From contig JACOZN010000018.1 of NCBI GenBank assembly GCA_016181305.1, positions 1-17,503 of the forward strand: a stretch of DNA of 17,503 bases. The letters run 5' to 3'. The notes beneath the pieces are model-generated. The model was given only the letters and a program-made list of their open reading frames with translations. It was not told the origin of the DNA and did not search any database. Position 1 is the stretch's first letter. The number at the start of each line of letters is the position of its first letter. Positions 13,270-17,503 of the stretch are shown piece after piece. The DNA comes from Candidatus Woesearchaeota archaeon. GTDB lineage: Archaea; Nanobdellota; Nanobdellia; Woesearchaeales; GW2011-AR4. The translations under genes and the position numbers were made by a program.

Positions 13270-14988
13270 TTACTTAATGCAATTTTTGACAAACCCGTAA
13301 AACAATGGCGATGGATTTCCAAGCCTTGACTTGAACTCCGGATGCGCCTGCGTTGAAATGAAATAAGGGTGGTTGGGCAGTTCAATATACTCCATCAATT
13401 TAGTCTTGTCGGCTCTCATATAACAGCCGGAAAACACCAAGCCGTTCTTCTCCAGCAAGTCAACAAAGCTTGGGTTAACCTCGTACCTGTGGCGGTGCCG
13501 CTCTAAAACAATTTTTTTCCCTTTCTCCAGTATTCCAAGCCTGAATGCCTGGCTTTTATCCTTCATAATCTCCTGAATTCTTTTTTCATCTTCGCTTAAT
13601 CTTCCGGCTTCCCCGTAAAGCTTCAGAACTTTGCTTTTGTCCCTCAAAACAGCGGCGTAGGCCCCCAAGCGCATTGTGCCGCCGAACATGTGCTTTTCCA
13701 GAATTTCCCTTTGCGCAGGCTGCACATCAATGACAGGGGCGCTTGTTTTGGGATTGACCTCGGTGGTATGGGCGTCTTTCAAATTGCATACATTCCTTGC
13801 AAACTCCACAACAGCCAATTGCAAGCCATAGCATAATCCAAGATAAGGAATTTTGTTTGTTCTGGCGTAATTGACCGCATTTATCTTTCCTTCAACACCG
13901 GAAGCGCCGAAGCCGCCCGGAACAATGATTCCATCATATTTTTTCAGCTCACTGGCTGACTTCCTGTTTTCCTCAAAAATCTTTGAGTCAAGCCACTCAA
14001 TTTCCACTCCTGTGTTTAATGAGGCGCCTGCATGCAACAAAGACTGGTTTATGGAAATGTAAGAGTCTGCAAGATTATAGTCGCCTATGTCAATGTATTT
14101 GCCTACAATCGCGACTTTTATTGTCTTTTTCGGGTTAAGTATGTTTTCAACAAGCTTTTTCCATTCGTGCCACTCGGGCTGCTTTTTTGGCTTCATTCCA
14201 AATTCTTTCAGTATTTTTTCCCCCAACTTTTCCTTCTCCAGGTCAAGGGGGATTTGATAGACAGTTTCAATGTCCGGCTCTGAGATGACATGGTCCGAAA
14301 TAATGTTTGCGTATGTCTCAATTTTCTTTTTTCTCACCACATCCAGCGCTTTTTTAGCCCTGCATATTATGAAGTCCGGGAATATTCCTGACTCGCTCAG
14401 GAGCCTTATTGCCTGCTGGGTTGGCTTTGTCTTCATTTCCTCAATATGGCTCGGTATTGGAAGATAAGTTACAAGGACATAACTAAGGTTTTGCTTCCCC
14501 ACTTCCCTTTCAAGGCTTTTCAATGCAAACAAGAACGGTATGTTTTCATAGTCGCCGATCGTGCCTCCGACTTCCACTAAGACAAAATCATTGCTGTTGC
14601 TTGCTGCCTTTATTCTTTTCTTGATTTCATCGGGAATATGCGGGATAAATTGCACTGTCTGCCCAAGATACTCTCCTTGGCGCTCCCTGTCAATTACTGT
14701 CTTATAGACTTGCCCTGTTGTGATGTTGTTTCTTTTTGGAATGTCTTTGTTAAGGAATCTCTCGTAAGTGCCCAAGTCCTGGTCAATCTCGCCGCCGTCA
14801 TCTGTGACCCAGACTTCGCCGTGCTCTGTCGGCCTTAATGTGCCTGCGTCATAATTCAGGTAAGGGTCAATCTTTATTGCTGTAACATTGTAGCCGTGCT
14901 CCTGGAGAATCTTGCCGATAGAAGCGGTTGTTACGCCTTTTCCAACTCCCGACATTACTCCGCCAGCCACAACAATGTACTTAGGCAT
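13270..14988 (-). CDS. pyrG: CTP synthase
   Basis: 'GGVMSGVGKG', 'KIDPYLN.DAGT..P.EHGEV', 'GGTIGDYE', 'KTKPTQ', GATase triad GLCYGLQ...HPE, 'RHRHRYEVN'. Start set at MPKYIVV (14988). Confidence 0.98.
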   Translation of the reverse strand: MPKYIVVAGGVMSGVGKGVTTASIGKILQEHGYNVTAIKIDPYLNYDAGTLRPTEHGEVWVTDDGGEIDQDLGTYERFLNKDIPKRNNITTGQVYKTVIDRERQGEYLGQTVQFIPHIPDEIKKRIKAASNSNDFVLVEVGGTIGDYENIPFLFALKSLEREVGKQNLSYVLVTYLPIPSHIEEMKTKPTQQAIRLLSESGIFPDFIICRAKKALDVVRKKKIETYANIISDHVISEPDIETVYQIPLDLEKEKLGEKILKEFGMKPKKQPEWHEWKKLVENILNPKKTIKVAIVGKYIDIGDYNLADSYISINQSLLHAGASLNTGVEIEWLDSKIFEENRKSASELKKYDGIIVPGGFGASGVEGKINAVNYARTNKIPYLGLCYGLQLAVVEFARNVCNLKDAHTTEVNPKTSAPVIDVQPAQREILEKHMFGGTMRLGAYAAVLRDKSKVLKLYGEAGRLSEDEKRIQEIMKDKSQAFRLGILEKGKKIVLERHRHRYEVNPSFVDLLEKNGLVFSGCYMRADKTKLMEYIELPNHPYFISTQAHPEFKSRLGNPSPLFYGFVKNCIK

Positions 14989-15167
14989 AGAAAGAATCCC
15001 CTCGGAAAAACTTAGAAATAGCAATCCCAAAATTTAATCGTTGCATTACATACTGATGAAGCAAGTTTTATTTATAGTTTATGGTTTGATGAATAAATTG
15101 GAGTTGTTTGCAATATAGAAAGTAAATATGAATAAATTTATATTTAATACCTAAATCATTAATTACT

Positions 15168-15491
15168 ATGGACTTGACAAAAAAGAAATGCGTGCCTTGC
15201 GAGGCTGGAATGCCGCCATTAAAAGAGGCTGGAATAAATGAATTTCTAAAGGAAATCCCGACATGGCAGATTAAGGAGGGGCATCTCTGCAAGAAATTCA
15301 AGTTCAGGAATTTTAAAGAAGCAATGATATTTGTGAATTCTGTTGCTGAAATTGCTGAAAATGAAGGGCATCATCCTGATTTTTCAGTGCATTATAACAT
15401 AGTAGAGATTGAAATTTGGACACATGCGATAAATGGATTGTCGGAGAATGATTTCATTGTTGCTGCGAAGATAGATAAATTAAGCCAATAA
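15168..15491 (+). CDS. phhB: Pterin-4-alpha-carbinolamine dehydratase (PCD/PhhB)
   Basis: 'CVPCE.G.PPL', 'FKFRNFKEAMIFVN.VA.IAENEGHHPD', 'WTHAINGLSENDFIVAAKID'. Confidence 0.92.
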   Translation: MDLTKKKCVPCEAGMPPLKEAGINEFLKEIPTWQIKEGHLCKKFKFRNFKEAMIFVNSVAEIAENEGHHPDFSVHYNIVEIEIWTHAINGLSENDFIVAAKIDKLSQ

Positions 15492-16046
15492 ATTAATTAT
15501 TCCAAATAAAATAAACAAAACAGAAGTTGCAACCTTTATCGTCTTTGCTGGCAGTTTTTCTGCTACTTTAGCGCCAATGAACACATTCAATCCAATTACT
15601 AATGCAAGCGCTGTGAATGCACCAATAAAAATATGAAATGGAAGCAGATATTTTGCAGCCAATAATCCGGAGCTTACCTGTGTTTTATCTCCAAACTCGC
15701 TCAACAGGACTGTTATAAAAGAAACCGCAAATGGCGATTTTCCTTCAGTTGTCTCATGCTTTTTCTTGCTCTTTTTTATATAAGGCTTAACTAAGCCATA
15801 AGCCCCCAATAAAACAAATGAAATTCCGACAATAATTTTTAGTATATTTGTTTGTATCTGAAAACTAAAGAAATAGCCCAGCAAAATTGCAATTCCATCC
15901 ATAAAAGAATGCGCCAATAATGCCCCAATAAAAACCTGAAAATAGGCTTTGTACCTTAATGCAAGCCCTAAGATAACAAGCTGGGTTTTGTCTGCTATCT
16001 CGGAGATAAACGTAAAAAGCAGTGCAACAAAAAACGCCTCTGGCAT
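15480..16046 (-). CDS. UPF0016/GDT1/TMEM165 family Mn2+/Ca2+ transporter
   Basis: Two copies of the E-phi-G-D-K-T motif (SEIADKTQL, SEFGDKTQV) in an inverted-repeat membrane topology. TATA (TTTTTATA, 16069-76) lies 23 nt upstream. Confidence 0.9.
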   Translation of the reverse strand: MPEAFFVALLFTFISEIADKTQLVILGLALRYKAYFQVFIGALLAHSFMDGIAILLGYFFSFQIQTNILKIIVGISFVLLGAYGLVKPYIKKSKKKHETTEGKSPFAVSFITVLLSEFGDKTQVSSGLLAAKYLLPFHIFIGAFTALALVIGLNVFIGAKVAEKLPAKTIKVATSVLFILFGIINLLA

Positions 16047-16077
16047 TTGCCTTAAATTATTTCAAAAGTATAAAAAT

Positions 16078-16668
16078 TTAACCAATAAAAGCCCTTATCA
16101 ATCCAATAAAAACCTTGTAGCCGTCAAATCCGGGAATGGGCAGCATGTTGAATATGAACAAAAACATGTTTATCTTTTGGGTTAACAGCAAAAGCAAATG
16201 ATGTTTCTTCCTGTATATCTTATTTTTTAATAAATACCACGAGCCAAGCCATAAAACTAAGTTGACAAAAGGGCCTGCAAATGCCGCCAATGCAAACTGC
16301 AAGTGGGTGCCAGAGCCGCTTATCTCCACAAACCCCGGCACTATGAATACAAAGCCAAAGCCCGTTAATTTTGAGATAACTGCAAGGATTCCAAGCATCA
16401 AAGTGAATGAGCTCCTGTAGAAGGCATAGAATGTCGCACCCAGGCCAAATCCCAAAGCCGCAAACTTGTGCGCCATTTCGTGGACTATGATTGCAGGAGC
16501 TGTTGCCAAAATTGCGAATTTCAATCCTTCAAAGTCAAAGCTTCTTTTGTAATGGGTTAAAGGGTCATAAGATTCTTTTCTTACAGGAATCAAGTCAGAG
16601 AAAATGTAGCCTACAAATATTGTCATAAAAATCAAGTCTATGATTTCTCCGATAGTTATTATTGGCAT
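16078..16668 (-). CDS. M50-family (site-2-protease-like) membrane zinc metalloprotease, minimal form
   Basis: HEMAH zincin motif, 'AGPFVN' and 'FNMLPIPGFDG'. Confidence 0.9.
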   Translation of the reverse strand: MPIITIGEIIDLIFMTIFVGYIFSDLIPVRKESYDPLTHYKRSFDFEGLKFAILATAPAIIVHEMAHKFAALGFGLGATFYAFYRSSFTLMLGILAVISKLTGFGFVFIVPGFVEISGSGTHLQFALAAFAGPFVNLVLWLGSWYLLKNKIYRKKHHLLLLLTQKINMFLFIFNMLPIPGFDGYKVFIGLIRAFIG

Positions 16669-16764
16669 TTTTCATTTGATTGTGTTTTAGCCTCGCTTTT
16701 AAACCTTTAGATTATTTTTAATTAATTTTTAATCATTTTCAATAACTTTGAAATTAAAAAAATT

Positions 16765-16843
16765 GGAGACCCACAACGGCATAGCTCCGTTGACACGCTG
16801 GGCGACATTTTGCTTCGCAAAAGTCCCCCTTAAATGGGTCCCC
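16765..16843. other. GC-rich multi-hairpin element in an AT-rich divergent intergenic region (function unknown)
   Basis: Outer stem GACCCA/TGGGTC (16768-73/16835-40). Inner stems CAACGG/CCGTTG (16774-92) and GAC-a-TTTTGC/GCAAAA-GTC (16804-25). Confidence 0.45.
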
Positions 16844-16890
16844 TCTGGTTCTGTTTGCCTTTGATTTCTGCTTGAAAATACAAATTTCAC

Positions 16891-16905
16891 CGAAAGATTT
16901 AAATA
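16891..16905 (+). promoter_or_regulatory. BRE (CGAAAG) and TATA (TTTAAATA) upstream of the HTH pseudogene/surface-protein unit
   Basis: Canonical purine-rich BRE followed by TATA, about 28 nt upstream of TTG 16933. Confidence 0.6.
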
Positions 16906-16932
16906 TAAGTATTATAAGTTATAAAGGTTATA

Positions 16933-17068
16933 TTGATAACGCGCAGGGAAATTCAGGTTTTGGAGCTTAGAAAGAAGGGGTTAAGGCAGAATGAGATAGC
17001 TTCCAGGCTGAAGATTTCACAGCCTGAAGCTGGTTGAGGAGCTTGGAATAGAATATGGGGAAGAATAA
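16933..17068 (+). pseudogene. Tfx/LuxR-like helix-turn-helix regulator, apparently truncated by an internal out-of-frame deletion
   Basis: TTG 16933 gives MITRREIQVLELRKKGLRQNEIASRLKISQP, an HTH up to the start of the recognition helix, then EAG-stop (17035-37). The +1 frame from 17027 gives KLVEELGIEYGEE-stop (17066-68), which overlaps the next start as in an operon. Confidence 0.6.
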
Positions 17069-17503
17069 ATTAATTAAAGGAAGTTATGGAATATTGGTTT
17101 TGGCAGTGATGAGTTTATTGTTTTCTACTCTTTCTTTTGGAGCAACCTCTATTGAACTGACAACTGGCAATTTCATAAATGTTTTTGGAAATTTGAATTT
17201 GAGCGGGAATAATTTAATTAATGCAGGGAATGTTTCGATTAAGGGCAATTTGTCTGTTGACGGGAACTTTTCGGTTGACGGCAATACTTTGTTTGTTGAT
17301 GCTACAAGCAACAATGTCGGGATTGGAACGACTTCGCCGAATTATCTTTTACAAGTAGCTTCTGGCACAGACGGAAGAAGCGTCAATCTTTCAAATGTTT
17401 TGTTTGTGAATGGAAGCAGCGGCAAAGTCGGCATCGGAGCTGTTCCTTTAGCACTTAATAGCATAAGTCTTGGAGTGGAGGGTACTGATGTTGGAATATA
17501 TTT
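17055..17503 (+). CDS. Secreted beta-rich surface protein with VGIG(T) repeats; 5' part only, runs off the window
   Basis: Hand translation is open from ATG 17055 to the end: MGKNKLIKGSYGILVLAVMSLLFSTLSFGA (signal peptide), then ...GNLSVDGNFSVDGNTLFVDATSNNVGIGTTSPNYLLQV...LFVNGSSGKVGIG... It is absent from the ORF track because there is no stop in the window. Confidence 0.85.
   Translation, partial: MGKNKLIKGSYGILVLAVMSLLFSTLSFGATSIELTTGNFINVFGNLNLSGNNLINAGNVSIKGNLSVDGNFSVDGNTLFVDATSNNVGIGTTSPNYLLQVASGTDGRSVNLSNVLFVNGSSGKVGIGAVPLALNSISLGVEGTDVGIY

Noticed and set aside
15001-15010. CTCGGAAAAA upstream of pyrG resembling a repeat half-site
   Set aside because: Only about 8 nt match and there is no partner arm, so it is compatible with chance.
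15068-15301. 77-aa minus-strand ORF
   Set aside because: Mostly antisense to phhB and running into AT-rich promoter DNA.
16765-16843. tRNA interpretation of the 79-nt structure
   Set aside because: Only two inner arms, no 7-nt TTCRA T-loop, no CU-anticodon loop on either strand, and no D-loop GG.
17084-17314. 76-aa minus-strand ORF in the track
   Set aside because: Antisense shadow of the plus-strand surface-protein gene starting at 17055.

Overview
Archaeal chromosomal window, most likely a DPANN (Woesearchaeota-like) lineage. This is inferred from fibrillarin + Nop5, archaeal-type secF-secD, TATA-box promoters and a VGIGTTSP-repeat surface protein, and was not confirmed by any search. Left part (minus strand): a metal/redox-flavoured cluster with a lipoprotein, a stand-alone CuA-site lipoprotein, a VIT1/CCC1 transporter, an unannotated 28-aa Lys-rich CxxC peptide, a stand-alone ATP cone, a CcdA/DsbD-beta-like protein and a His-rich membrane protein, followed by flpA and nop5. 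Middle: cutA-ubiB/ABC1 kinase-metal hydrolase operon, pyrH, a tandem pair of small DMT transporters, secD (with a PDZ-like insert), secF and pyrG. Right: pterin dehydratase, GDT1 transporter, M50 protease, a Tfx-like HTH gene apparently broken by an internal deletion, and the 5' end of a secreted surface protein missing from the ORF track. The most notable non-coding features are a 166-bp MITE (17-bp TIRs, 8-bp TSD) that rebuilt the stop codon of the gene it hit, a dispersed palindromic repeat family (CGGAAAT...ATTTCCG) with compensatory stem changes, a 29-nt perfect identity tract between diverged paralogues, and a GC-rich multi-stem element at 16765-16843.
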